Position numbers and translations under genes: made by a program. The notes beneath the pieces are model-generated. The model saw nothing but the letters and a program-made list of their open reading frames with translations, was not told the DNA's origin and ran no database searches. DNA of 64,000 bases from Scyliorhinus canicula (lineage: Eukaryota), in assembly GCF_902713615.1 (NCBI RefSeq), contig NC_052168.1, positions 5,704,001 to 5,768,000 of the forward strand, read 5' to 3'. How positions within the stretch are numbered: the first letter of the stretch is position 1; every line of letters begins with the position of its first letter. This document shows positions 1 to 19,225 of this stretch, in pieces.

Positions 1-576
1 TCCCCAAGCCTCAAGGTGAAGACAAAGCTGCCACAGTTTATCCCATTAGGCCTCTTTGTCTGTTAGTTAGCTTAAAGCAATTTCCGTACATGGCCTCTAG
101 ATGTCTCTGCTCTCCCACAGTTCCTAGCTCCTCCCTATTTAATAAAAAACAATGATTTATCTTCCTCGATCAAACGTGGATGATCGCACATTGAATTGCA
201 TCTGCCACACCAATGCAATCCATCAATGTTCCTTTACAGATTTATATCCCCATCTACAGCACTTACTGTGGCACCTAATTTAATGGAAATGTAGATATAG
301 CATTCTGTTAGCCTGATAAATTAAGGATACAATACAAATACCTCCAAGACCACTAGTCACATCCTATTTGGATGTTGTACTCATTATCCTTACTGACTAC
401 TACCTGCCAACCAATTATCTACCAAAGATTTCCCCCAATTCTCTCACGTGGCACTCGATTATGTCACTTTCATTGACTTGGATTCTATTTGGCCGCAGAA
501 TGAAAGCGTCCCAATAGAGATCAGTGAGTTTGCAAATAGAGATCCCACCCAGTTAGGAAACAGAGATAGTACATGA

Positions 577-890
577 GCTGCATTGTAGCACAGTGGTTAG
601 CATTGTTGATTCACAGTACCAGGGTTTGATTCAGTGCCAGGGTTCGATTCCCAGCTTGGGTCACTGTCTGTGCAGAGTCGGCATATGCTTCCCGTGTCTG
701 CGTGGGTTTCCTCCAGGTGCTCTGGTTTTCTCACACAAGTCCCAAAAGACATTCTTGTTAGGCGAATTGGACATTGAAGTCTCCCTCAGTGTACTCACAC
801 ACACACTGGAGTATGGCAACTAGGGGATTTTCACAGTAACTTCATTGCAGAGTTAATGCAAGCCTACTTGTGACACTAAGATACTATTTT
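577..890 (+). mobile_element. tRNA-derived SINE
   Basis: A box GTAGCACAGTGG, B box GGTTCGATTCC, central GTCTGCGTGGGTTTCCTCC domain; tail ...CAGTAACTTCATTGCAG...GTGACA shared by many copies in the window. Confidence 0.8.
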
Positions 891-1667
891 TGTTCACCAA
901 GAAAAAGTTAAAAGCCTGTTTAGCTGCATGTTAAACCTAGGTGCCTGCATGTCTGTAGGTGTAGTTTGATAATAATCTTTATTAGTGTCACAAGTTGGCT
1001 TACATTAACATTACAATGAAGTTCAATCTGCTAGAATTGTAATTGAGTCATTCTGCCAAAAGCAACTCTTAAGCTAGCACCAGTACACTACAGAGGGACA
1101 GAAAGCAGGACTCAGAATAGAAATCTTTTATTCGGTAAATCAGGAGTGGAATTTAATTGCCAAAACCCTATGTGGAGCAGTGTTTTTAGCCTCTTGTGAT
1201 TTGAAAGGAAACCCTTCTAGTGTTTGCTCAAGCTGCCTGACCCAAGCCTTTCCTAATGCTATCTGCAATCCACAGAAGTATTGGCAATAGTTGGGAGGGG
1301 GCAAAATTTTATTCTGGCCAAAATAAAGTAGTTGATGCCACCCAAATCAGGGTGAGGGAGGACAAAACAAAGACAACTCAATTGTAGGCATTTTCTGACA
1401 CTGGAGAAATACCATGCTGCAGCAACTTCCTACCCTGGCATACATCAGAAAATCCTTCTGTAGGAAGGAAATCCCCTACAAAGCTGCACTAACAATTCAG
1501 AGAAAATCAAGCTATTCTGGGTAGATGTGAAATGGGTTGAAGGGAAAGTTATGGAATCAATGTTATAGATACTAAATCAGCCATGCAATTTTCATCAAGT
1601 CAATTTTTTATTTGTGTAAATTATCACAATTGATTACACTAATATATACACCGATCTAGAATCCCAG

Positions 1668-3643
<1,976 letters not shown>

Positions 3644-3705
3644 CTTACTGGTTAATGGCCCAAGTCAAACAGCAACAACATGAGCTTGGTCCTCACAAGC
3701 TCTTG

Positions 3706-3855
3706 TATTTATACAACTGGGACATCCGGCATTCAACCAGGGAATGACATCACCAATGATGATTGACAATCTCTGATAGCCAATCAGGAAATTGCCATGA
3801 ATCCAGGCACCAATTAATCAATGAGAGGGGGTTGGGTGTGACACTCAGAGCCAAT
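3706..3855 (-). promoter_or_regulatory. Core promoter of ferritin copy 1
   Basis: TATAAATA at 3713-3706; TGACATCA CRE/AP-1-like box; four CCAAT boxes at 3753, 3780, 3810, 3851; TGATAG GATA motif abutting the second CCAAT; CACACCC box. Same layout in the other copies. Confidence 0.8.
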
Positions 3856-4009
3856 CAGGTCTGTGGAATACAAGAAAGATAAGGATGGCTACTCGTGATT
3901 GGTTCATTCAACCCTTCAAATATTTTCTACCATTCATATTGTGACTGGATTGAATTCTAACTCTGTAAACACGTCTCAGTCCCATTTACCCCTCACATAA
4001 CAAAACTAA

Positions 4010-4750
4010 CAACCTGAGAGTTGAAATGTTGAAATGACCTCTGACATTTTGGGTGACAGAGTTCCAGATTTCCAGCATTCTTTGTTGAATAAATGCTTCC
4101 GAGCTTCACTCCTGAACAACCTGGTTCTAACGTTAAGGCTGCGCCTCCCTTCCCACCTGGGGATGGCCTCCTTCTGCCATGTGGAGATTCTCTGATTCTC
4201 TCTGGCTTCTCTCTATCCACCCTATCAAATCCAATAATCATCTTCAACAGTCCCCTAATTCTAGACTCTGTGATTGAAAGACCAGTCGATGCAAACTGTC
4301 CTCATCGTTTAACCCTTTTAGTGATGATTCCGTTCCAGTGAATCGTTTCTGCATCTCCACAAAAGCCAATTTATCCAAAATGGACACAGTGTTCCAGATG
4401 TGTTCTAAGCTGCTCTTTGTACAGCTGTTGCTGGTACCTCTACCTCTCTCTATTCCAGCCCCCATTAGATGAAGAATAAAATTCCATTAGTCTATTTAAT
4501 TTGTTTTTGTAGCTGCCGCACAAACCTCTGGACAAGGAGGCAGAATGGACCATTCAGCCCCTCGAACCTGCATGACCATTTAATGAGGTCTTGACTGATC
4601 TGGTAAAGACCTCAAACCTCTGCCCGATAACCTTTGACCCCGCGTTCCCAGCCCCGCTTACCAAGAATCTATCTACCTCAGCCTTAAAAATATTCAAAGA
4701 TTCTGCTTCCCCACCTTTTCAGGAAGGGAGTTCCAAAGACTCATCTTCCG
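4010..4750 (-). mobile_element. Decayed CR1-type 3' fragments (also near 10130-10870 and 16270-17000)
   Basis: Translations QKRFT...LHRL...GDVLKMIIGFDRVDREK and NIFKAEVDRFL resemble the CR1 ORF2 end. Confidence 0.6.
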
Positions 4751-5679
4751 TCCAATGGTTTTTTTTAGCAATTTCAGTGCGTGGACAGCGTTGAGCACAC
4801 TGATTGGACGAGGCTGACCTGCCGCAGTCAAGCCACAGAGAATCCGCAAACCAACAGACAAATTGGGGAAATGCGAAATGGATTTGTGGTGATTATCAAA
4901 CAGAAAGCTATCGCTCAGTTACCGTTAAATGGGATGTGGAGCTTTATCCCCAAACATAAGAGCTGTAGGCACCAGTGGTTTCCCCATTGTCTGAAAACTT
5001 CCGAGTATACTTTTTTCTCCACATTAATTTGTGGACCGTGGTTGTTGCTTGCAAGGCCAATACTTGTTGCCCGTGGCTCTCTCGGCCATTTCGAAGGGGC
5101 AGTTTTGAGTCAACCACTTTGCTGTGGGTCTGATGTCACCAGCAGGCCACTGGTTTAGCTCAGTGTGCTAGACAGCTGGTTTGTAATGCAGCACAAGGCC
5201 AGCAGCAGCGTGGGTTCAATTCCCGTTCCAGCTTACCTGAACAGGCACTGGAATGTGGCAGCAAGGGTCTTTTCACAGTAACCTCATACTTGTGACAATA
5301 AATGATTATGAGTGTTGTTAAATAGCTACCATGAACAATTTAATCACAGAAAATGGTTCATCTTCAAGGGCTAAGAGCAGTCTGGGAGAATTTGTGTTTT
5401 AAAAGACGACAACCGGAAATTGCGGTCCCGAGCCGGCCCACGGGCTTCCCGCCGGTGAGGAATACAGTCAGCGGGAAATCCCATTGACACCTCCACCTCC
5501 CCCCACCGGAAAATAAGCGGCGGGGTGGTCAATAAATCCCGTCCAACGTCTCTTAATGGATCAATGCAAGGCTCTGACCACTGTTTCTGGAATATCAGAG
5601 CTTTGTATCAGAAAGATAATGAAACAGTTCTGATAAAAAAACTGTAAGCCTCTTGACCTTGGTGGATTGTGTACAAAGC

Positions 5680-5742
5680 GGGGCTGGGGGTAGGGTGGGG
5701 TTAGGGTGGGGTAGGGTGGGGGTTGGGGGGGAGGGGTAGGCA
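5680..5742 (+). repeat. G-rich low-complexity tract, G-quadruplex-forming potential (also about 11800-11855)
   Basis: GGGGTAGGGTGGGGTTAGGGTGGGGTAGGGTGGGGG. Confidence 0.6.
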
Positions 5743-5790
5743 CAGGTTATTTTACAACTCTGAAAAAAGCTACGCCTGAAGAGATATCAT

Positions 5791-6033
5791 TGTTGTGTTG
5801 TAATTCACCGACTGACCACTAGGCGTCTCACTTGTCTATAAGTGAATGTTAGAGACAGCTGACCTCAGACTGGCTGGCAGAAGCTGAAGGGAGAGGTTGC
5901 TTGTGCATTATTTTACTGCTATTAATCTATGGTTTTGTATATAGTTTACCCACAGTTTCTGTTAATGAATGATTTATAGCTTTAGCTACAAGTGTTCTTG
6001 TAATAAACCAGACCATCCGACAAGAACATTACA
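5791..6033 (+). mobile_element. Possible short solo LTR (repeated at about 11909-12151)
   Basis: TG...CA ends; ...GAACATTACA terminus and CACTAG...TATAA core resemble the 27763-28467 LTR; no clean TSD. Confidence 0.45.
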
Positions 6034-6591
6034 ATGCCTAGATCTGTTTTTTTTTAAAAAAGTGCTCGGAGGAGAGAAGGGGTGACTGTTTGAGAGGAAG
6101 ACAGCAGCCATTTTGCAGTCCAGAGACAATCCACAGCTGGAGGTGAATATATCCAGCTCCCGAGTTGCTCTACATGGTGAAATACAGCACTCAAATATTC
6201 CTCGAGCCCCTCCGTGAAGCAGTTCAAGATTCACTGATTGTTCCATGGATCAGCCCTGAGAGACGAACCGTATAACCCAGACACCATTTCACAGACACCA
6301 CTACCTATCCTTTGCTGTTGAACAATTGACTTTGAACCTTTTACAGAATTCCTTTTGTTTTAAATTCGATTATTTTTCAGGTGCGTGCGGGTGTGTGGGA
6401 AATCTATGGCATTCAAAGAGTAACACTTATACTTTCAGAGTTCACACCATCTGTTGATACAACTTTGCCTTTCTATTCAGCCAATAATGGTTCTCTCATA
6501 AACTAAAGTTTGTTCATTATCAAAAGAAGCCTGGTTAATGTTTCTTTTATTTCAGGTAACCATAGTGAAGGTGAGCACTTGGCCTCATTGA

Positions 6592-6860
6592 CGGCACGGT
6601 AGCACAGTAGTTAGCACTGATGCTTCACAGCACCAGGAAGCCAGGTTCAATTCCCAGCTTGGGTCACTGTGTGGAGCCTGCATGTTCTCCCTGTGTCTGC
6701 ATGGGTTTCCTCCGGTTTCCTCCAGCAAGACCTCCTTGTTAGGTGAATTGAATATCCTGAATTCTCCCTCTGGCTCCAGAGTGTGACGACTGTGGGATTT
6801 TCACAGTAACTTCATTACAGTGTTAATGTAAGCCTACCTTGGACAATAACAAAGATTATA
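6592..6860 (+). mobile_element. tRNA-derived SINE (duplicated at about 12711-12985)
   Basis: GGCACGGTAGCACAGT A box, GGTTCAATTCC B box, family tail. Confidence 0.8.
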
Positions 6861-7759
6861 TTTTGGTAATGGAATTGAAGAGTTAAACTAATGTGGTGAC
6901 CTTTGGAGTAGGGGAGGCTTGATCAACTGCGCACATCTCCCACCCTAGTGATTGATGAGCAGAGTTCCTTCTCCAAACTGGACATTCCTGATGCTGTCTG
7001 AGCTGCTTCTTGTACAGTCGTTTTGTAACCTCCACCCCAGCCACCGCGATGAAGAATACAATTCTATTCGCCTATTTAAGCTGTTTTTCTAGCATCAACC
7101 CCAACCAGATGGGTTGTCACCATTACCAAGACAGGAGATAATTTATTGGGATTTGAACACCACCAGCTGCCAAGGTGGGACTTGAACCTCCAGTGCCCTG
7201 GGTCTCTGGATTACTAGTCCCAATGATACTTCTATGACTGAAGATCAGATCTTTTCACTCAATCTAGAGTTTAAGTTACCTGGCCTCTCCAGGACACTAG
7301 GAACTATCGCGCTTTGAGAATAGGGGGGCTGGTTGCAATAAACTGGACTGCATCCACATCTTTAACAAGAGGGAACAGGTTGGTGACAACATAGTACAGA
7401 TGTCAAATGTCTTCCTTTTGTTGAGGGATGCAAGTCTGAGCCAGATCCGCTCCCCCTTTGAGAAGGGTCAAAGACCTTTTTAATAACTTAGTAAGGAAAT
7501 CACTTTTGCTGAAGAACCTCATGGTGGAGGGGGGGGGTAAAGAAGGAGAAGGGAATAATTAAGGATCAGATGTTAGACAGCTAGAAATCTTTGTGAACCA
7601 ATCACATCAGCTACTGAATTACACAAGGAAAACAAATCTGGTCAGTGGCATTTATTTCCAAATACAGCAATATCTCATAACTGAATTAGTGCACGAAAAT
7701 AAACAAAGTTCAATTCTTCTTCTTCATTGCCCTTCATGATTTGGAAAAGGATTGTCGAG

Positions 7760-9762
<2,003 letters not shown>

Positions 9763-9824
9763 CTTACTGGTTAATGGCCCAAGTCAAACAGCAACAACAT
9801 GAGCTTGGTCCTCACAAGCTCTTG

Positions 9825-9974
9825 TATTTATACAACTGGGACATCCTGCATTCAACCAGGGAATGACATCACCAATGATGATTGACCATCTCTGATAGCC
9901 AATCCGGAAATTGCCATGAATCCAGGCACCAATTAATCAATGAGAGGGGGTTGGGTGTGATACCCAGAGCCAAT
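9825..9974 (-). promoter_or_regulatory. Core promoter of ferritin copy 2
   Basis: TATAAATA 9832-9825 plus the same CCAAT x4 / GATA / TGACATCA / CACACCC module. Confidence 0.78.
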
Positions 9975-12900
9975 CAGGTCTGTGGAATACAGGAAAGAGA
10001 AGGATGGTTACTCTGTGATTGGGTCATTCAACCCTTCAAACATTTTCTATCATTCATATTGTGACTGGATTGAATTCTAACTCTGTAAACACGCCTCAGT
10101 CCCATTTACCCCTCACATAACAAAAATCTAACAACCTGAGTGTTGAAATGTTAAAATGACCTCTGACATTTTGGGTGACAGAGTTCCAGATTTCCAGCAT
10201 TCTTTGTTGAATAAATGCTTCCGAGCTTCACTCCTGAACAACCTGCTTCTAACGTTAAGGCTGCGCCTCCCTTCCCACCTGGGGATGGCCTCCTTCTGCC
10301 ATGTGGAGATTCTCTGATTCTCTCTGGCTTCTCTCTATCCACCCTATCAAATCCAATAATCATCTTCAACACGTCCCCTAATTCTGGACCCTGTGATTGA
10401 AAGACCAGTCGATGCAAACTGTCCTCATCGTTTAACCCTTTTAACGCCGATTCCGTTCCGGTGAATCGTTTCTGCATCTCCACCAAAGCCAATTTATCCA
10501 AAATGGACACAGTGTTCCAGATGTGGTCTAAGCTGCTCTTTGTACAGCTGTTTCAGAACCTCTACCTCTCTCTATTCCAGCCCCCATTAGATGAAGAATA
10601 AAATTCCATTAGCCTATTTAATTTGTTTTTGTAGCTGTCACACAAACCTCTGGACAAGGAGGCAGAATGGACCATTCGGCCCCTCGAACCTGCATGACCA
10701 TTTAATGAGGTCTTGACTGATCTGGTAAAGACCTCAAACCTCCGCCCGATAACCTTTGACCCCACGTTCCCAGCCCCGCTTACCAAGAATCTATCTACCT
10801 CAGCCTTAAAAATATTCAAAGATTCTGCTTCCCCACCTTTTCAGGAAGAGAGCTCCAAAGACTCATCTTCCGTCCAATGGTTTTTTTTTAGCAATTTCAG
10901 TGCGTGGACAGCGTTGAGCACACTGATTGGACGAGGCTGACCTGCCGCAGACAAGCCACAGAGAATCCGCAAACCAACAGACAAATTGGGGAAATGCGAA
11001 ATGGATTTGTGGTGAATATCAAACAGAAAGCTATCGCTTAGTCACTGTTAAATGGGATGTGGAGCTTTATCCCCAAACGTGAGAGCTGTAGACACCAGTG
11101 GTTTCCCCCTTGTCTGAAAACTTCCGAGTATACTTTTTTCTTCACTTATTAATTTGTGGGCCGTGGATGTTCCTTGCAAGGCCAATACTTGTTGCCCCTG
11201 GCTCTCGGCCATTTCGAAGGGGCAGTTATGAGTCAACCATTTTGCTGTGGGTCTGGTGTCACTAGCAGGCCACTGGTTTAGCTCAGTGTGCTAGACAGCT
11301 GGTTTGTAATGCAGCACAAGGCCAGCAGCGCGGGTTCAATTCCCGTTCCAGTTTACCTAAACAGGCACTGGAATGTGGCGGCAAGGGGCTTTTCACAGTA
11401 ACTTCATACTTGTGACAATAAATGATTATTAGTGTTGTTAAATAGCTGCCATGAACAATTTAATCACAGAAAATGGTTCATCTTCAAGGACTAAGAGCAG
11501 ACGGGGAGAATTTGTGTTTTAAAAGACAACAACTGGAAATTCCGGTATCGAGCCGGCCCACGGGCTTCCCGCCGGTGAGGAATACAGTCAGCGGGAAATC
11601 CCATTGACACCTCCACCTCCCCCCACCGAAAAATACGCGGCAGGGTGGTCAATAAATCCCATCCAATGTCTCTTAATGGATCAATGCAAGGCTCTGACCA
11701 CTGTTTCTGGAATATCAGAGCTTTGTATCAGAAAGATAATGAAACAGTTCTGATAAAAAAAACTGTAAGCCTCTTGACCTTGGTGGATTGTGTACAAAGC
11801 GGGGCTGGGGGTAGGGTGGGGGTAGAGGGGTAGGGTGGGGTGGGGGGGGAGGGGCAGCCACAGGTTATTTTACAACTCTGAAAAAAGCTACGCCTGAAGA
11901 GATATCATTGTTGTGTTGTAATTCACCGACTGACCACTAGGCGTCTCACTTGTCTATAAGTGAATGTTCGAGACAACTGACCTCAGACTGGCTGGCAGAA
12001 GCTGAAGGGAGAGGTTGCTTGTGCATTATTTTACTGCTATTAATCTATGGTTTTGTATATAGTTTACCCACAGTTTCTGTTAATGAATGATTTATAGCTT
12101 TAGCTACAAGTGTTCTTGTAATAAACTAGACCATCCGACAAGAACATTACAATGCCTAGATCTGTTTTTTTTTTAAAGTGCTCGGAGGAGAGAAGGGGTG
12201 ACTCTTTGAGAGGAAGACAGCAGCCATTTTGCAGTCCAGAGACAATCCACAGCTGGAGGTGAATATATCCAGCTCCCGAGTTGCTCTACATGGTGAAATA
12301 CAGCACACTCAAATATTCCTCGAGCCCCTCCGTGAAGCAGTTCAAGATTCACTGATTGTTTCACGGATCAGCCCTGAGAGACGAACCGTATAACCCAGAC
12401 ACCATTTCACAGACACCACTACCTATCCTTTGCTGTTGAACAATTGACTTTTAACCTTTTACAGAATTCCTTTTGTTTTAAATTCGATTATTTTTCAGGC
12501 GCGTGCGGGTGTGTGGGAAATCTATGGCATTCAAAGAGTAACACTTATACTTTCAGAGTTCACACCATCTGTTGTTACAACTTTGCCTTTCCATTCAGCC
12601 AATAATGGTTCTCTCATAAACTAAAGTTTGTTAATTATCAAAAGAAGCCTGGTTAACGTTTCTTTTATTTCAGGTAACCGTAGTGAAGGTGAGCACTTGG
12701 CCTCATTGACGGCACGGTAGCACAGTAGTTAGCACTGATGCTTCACAGCACCAGGAAGCCAGGTTCGATTCCCGGCTTGGGTCACTGTGGAGTCTGCATG
12801 TTCTCCCGGTATCTGCATGGGTTTCCTCCGGTTTCCTCCAGCAAGACCTCCTTGTTAGGTGAATTGGATATCCTGAATTCTCCCTCTGTGTCCCCAAACT

Positions 12901-13895
12901 GGCTCCGGATTGTGACGACTAGGGGCTTTTCACAGTAACTTCATTGCAGTGTTAATGTAAGCCTACTTTGGACAATAACAAATATGATATTTTGGTAATG
13001 GAATTGAAGTTAAACTAATGTGGTGACTTTTGGAGTAGGGGAGTCTTGATCAACTGCGCACATCTCCCACCCTAGTGATTGATGAGCAGAGTTCCTTCTC
13101 CAAACTGGACATTTCTGATGCTGTCTGAGCTGCTTCTTGTACAGTCGTTTTGTAACCTCCACCCCAGCCACCGCGATGAAGAATACAATTCTATTCGCCT
13201 ATTTAAGCTGTTTTTCTAGCATCAACCCCAACCAGATGGGTTGTCTCAAGTCACCATTACCAAGACAGGAGATAATTTATTGGGATTTGAACACCACCAG
13301 CTGCCCAGGTGGGACTTGAACCTCCAGTGGATTGGGTCTCTGGATTACTAGTCCCAATGATATTTCTATGACTGAAGATCAGATCTTTTCACTCGCAATC
13401 TAGAGTTTAAGTTACCTGGCCCCTCCAGGACACTAGGAACTATCGCGCTTTGAGAATAGGGGGCTGGCAGCAATAAACTGGACTGCATCCACATCTTTAA
13501 CAAGAGGGAACAGGTTGGTGACAACATAATACAGATGTCAAATGTCTTCCTTTTGTTGAGGGATGCAAGTCTGAGCCAGATCCACTCCCCCTTTGAGAAG
13601 GGTCAAAGACCTTTTTTAATAACTTAGTAAGGAAATCACTTTTGCTGAAGAACCTCATGGTGGGGGGGGGGGGGGAAAGAAGGAGAAGGGAATAATTAAG
13701 GATCAGATGTTAGACAGCTAGAAATCTTTGTGAACCAATCATATCAGCTACTGAATTACACAAGGAAAACAAATCTGGTCAGCGGCATTTATTTCCAAAT
13801 ACAGCAATATCTCAGAACTGAATTAGAGCACAAAATAAACAAAGTTCAATTCTTCTTCTTCATTGTCCTTCATGATTTGGAAAAGGATTATAGAG

Positions 13896-15900
<2,005 letters not shown>

Positions 15901-15962
15901 CTTACTGGTTAATGGCCCAAGTCAAACAGCAACAACATGACCTTAGTCCTCACAAGCTCTTG

Positions 15963-16112
15963 TATTTATACAACTGGGACATCCTGCATTCAACCAGGGA
16001 ATGACATCACCAATGATGATTGACAATCTCTGATAGCCAATCAGGAATCTGCCATGATCCAGGCACCAATTAATCAATGAGAGTGGGGTTGGGTGTGATA
16101 CCCAGAGCCAAT
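15963..16112 (-). promoter_or_regulatory. Core promoter of ferritin copy 3
   Basis: TATAAATA 15970-15963 plus the same module. Confidence 0.78.
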
Positions 16113-17220
16113 CAGGTCTGTGGAATACAGGAAAGATAAGGATGGTTACTCTGTGATTGGTTCATTCAACCCTTCAAACATTTTCTACCATTCATATTGT
16201 GACTGGATTGAATTCTAACTCTGTAAACACGTCTCAGTCCCATTTACCCCTCACATAACAAAACTAACAACCTGAGTGTTGAAATGTTGAAATGACCTCT
16301 GACATTTTGGGTGACAGAGTTCCAGATTTCCAGCATTCTTTGTTGAATAAATGCTTCCGAGCTTCACTCCTGAACAACCTGGTTCTAACGTTAAGGCTGC
16401 GCCTCTCTTCCCACCTGGGGATGGCCTCCTTCTGCCATGTGGAGATTCTCTGATTCTCTCTGGCTTCTCTCTATCCACCCTATCAAATCCAATAATCACC
16501 TTCAACACGTCCCCTAATTCTAGACTCTGTGATTGAAAGACCAGTCGATGCAAAATGTCCTCATCATTTAACCCTTTTAGCGATGATTCCGTTCCAGTGA
16601 ATCGTTTCTGCATCTCCACCAAAGCTAATTTATCCAAAATGGAGACAGTGTTCCAGATGTGGTCTAAGCTGCTCTTTGTACAGCTGTTTCAGAACCTCTA
16701 CCTCTCTCTAATCCAGCCCACATTAGATGAAGAATAAAATTCCATTAGCCTATTTAATTTGTTTTTGTAGCTGCCACACAAACTTCTGGACAAGGAGGCA
16801 GAATGGACCATTCGGCCCCCCGAACCTGCACCACCATTTAATAAGGTCTTGGCTAATCTGGTAAAGACCTCAAACATCCCCCCGATAACCTTTGACCCCG
16901 CGTTCCCAGCCCCGCTTACCAAGAATCTATCTACCTCAGCCTTAAAAATATTCAAAGATTCTGCTTCCCCACCTTTTCAGGAAGGGAGTTCCAAAGACTC
17001 GTCTTCCGTCCACTAGTTTTTTTTAGGAATTTCTATGCGTGGACAGCGTTGAGCACAACTGATTGGACGAGGCTGACCTGCCCCAGACAAGCCACAGAGA
17101 ATCCGCAAACCAACAGACAAATTGGGGAAATGCGAAATGGATTTGTGGTGAATATCAAACAGAAAGCTATCGCTCAGTCACCGTTAAATGGGATATGGAG
17201 CTTTATCCCCAAATCTAAGA

Positions 17221-17973
17221 ACTGAAGACCTTTTATATGGTCTTACTACTCTAATTTAACAAATACAAAATATTTTTGTTTGCCTGTTTTGTCTTTTTTA
17301 ATTATTTTTTTGTTTTTTGTGGTGTTTTTTTCATGAATTGATGACCTGTACGTTTATCTACACGTACAGGAGTTAAGCCAGCATCCGCCACTGACACTGG
17401 TGTGATGCTGGGTGTGACAACCAAGTAAAAGAACATAAAGTAACTGATGGATGAAACAAAAGAGGGGAGTGCCCCAAAACAGCGAGTGGAGCACAGCCCA
17501 AAAAGAACGAGATTGGAAACAAAAACTTATCAAAGGCCCGCCAAATTAAAATCGGGGTCGATAAGGCAATCAAACCCCTGTGGTGCCCACCGAGCACGGA
17601 AGGCTTCGAGTGTGCCCGTGGACACCGCACGCTCCCTCTCCAGGGAAACCCGGCCGCGAACGAGGCCGCGGAAGATGGGCAGACAGTCAGGCTGGACCAC
17701 CTCCTTGGTCGCCCGCTGCCTGGACCTATAAATGGCAAGTTTGTCCAGGTCCAGGAGCAGGTTCACGAGGAGGTCCTCCGCCTTCCCGCGCCCCCTTCCG
17801 CACCGGATGTCTGTAGATCAGGAGCGTGGGGCTGAAGTGCAAAGAAAACCTCAACAACAACGCTGTCAAGAAACCAAATAGGGAGCGCAGCCCCGGACAG
17901 ACAACATAAACCTGCTCCATGGTCTCCACCAGGCCGCAAAAGTGGCAGGTCTCTGGCAAAGCCGACAAGTGGT
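17221..17973 (-). mobile_element. 5'-truncated Tx1/L1-clade LINE 3' end
   Basis: ORF2 C-terminal Cys motif (CHFCGLVETMEQVYVVC) and frameshifted LAIYRSRQ...FRARW; A-rich tail; 7-bp TSD TCTAAGA (17214-17220, 17974-17980); absent at the paralogous sites near 4960 and 11083. Confidence 0.8.
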
Positions 17974-18527
17974 TCTAAGAGCTGTAGACAACAGTGGATT
18001 CCCCCTTGTCTGAAAACTTCCGAGTCCACTTTTTTCTTGGCTTATTAATTCGTGGGACGTCGTTGTTGCTTGCAAGGCCAATACTTGTTGCCAGTGGCTT
18101 TCCCGGCCATTTCGGAGAGGCAGTATGAGTCAACCACATTGCTGTGGGTCTGGTGTCACATGTGTGGCCAGACTGGGTGTAAATAGCAGCCGTGGACATT
18201 GTAATCACAGAAAATGGTTCACCTTCAAGGACTAAGAGCAGTCTGGGGGAATCTGGAAAAAGAGGCCAGTCGGAAATTCCGGTCCCACGCCGGCCCACGG
18301 GCTTCCCGGCGATGAGAGAAGTCAGCGGGAAATCCCATTGACAACGGCGGGACCGGCAGAAAAATAGTGGGGCCACCCCCTCCCCCGAAAAACACGCAGC
18401 GGGTGTTTGATAAATCCCACCCACTGACTCTTAAAGGATCAATGCAAGACTGTGACCGCTATTCCTGGAAAAACAGCTTTTTACCAGAGAGATAACCATA
18501 GTGAGGGTAAACACTTGGCAACACGGA

Positions 18528-19225
18528 CGGCACCGTAGCACAGTGGTTAGCACTGTTGCTTCACATCTCCAGGGACATGGGATCGATTCCCAGCTTGGGT
18601 CACTGTCTATGTGGAGTCTGCACGCTCTCCCCGTTTCTGCGTGTCGTGTTAAGCTCAGTACAATAACAAGGGCTGCAACTGGATGCAGCTTTACTTGAGG
18701 GATACTCCACACCTTGAGGTTAGTTCAATATAATTTATTGAACCTGTCACACTGTTAGCTCACTCGTCTGTGAGGTCGACTCTCTGCTAACCTAGTGTGA
18801 TTAATCTGTCGGACTATCAGACTAGCTCTTAGCAATGTGCTGTAGGAGTTATATGATTTGTACACCCTGACTCACACTGTAGATGTCACCAGTGGAAAGA
18901 GGCGGAGTGTGAGTGCCTCGTGACTTATAGTGGGAAAGCACTCCCAAGTGCTCTGCTTGCTGATTGGTTATGTCCGGTTCTCTGTATTCATTAGCAGCCT
19001 GCTTGTATCTCATTATGTGCATGTCTGCTTATCATGACATGTGTGGGTTTCCTCCAGGTACTCTTCTGGCCTCCTGTTTCAGCTTTCTGGAGTCCAAGTC
19101 CTGAAAAAAGTGTGCTCAGGTGAATTGGACATTCTGAATTCTCCCTCCGTGTACCCAAACAGGTACCGGAATGTGGAGACTAGGGGCTGTTCACAGTAAC
19201 TTCATTGCAGTGTTAATGTAAGCCT
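18528..19225 (+). mobile_element. tRNA-derived SINE interrupted by a solo LTR
   Basis: SINE head 18528-18641 resumes at 19040 (GTGGGTTTCCTCC) and runs to the family tail. Confidence 0.78.
18642..19039 (-). mobile_element. Solo LTR
   Basis: Termini TGTCGTG...CATGACA; 4-bp TSD TGCG/TGTG; TATA-like, CCAAT and AATAAA motifs on minus strand; splits a SINE. Confidence 0.75.

Noticed and set aside
3652-3681. Upstream [12 protein letters not shown] before the ATG in copies 1-2
   Set aside because: Its ATG is 32 nt from the first T of the TATA box, at the expected start site, so it is unlikely to be scanned; not conserved in copies 4-9.
5150-5230. tRNA-like sequences (GGTTTAGCTCAGT...GGTTCAATTCC)
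   Set aside because: SINE heads followed by the family tail; no intact cloverleaf, so not tRNA genes.
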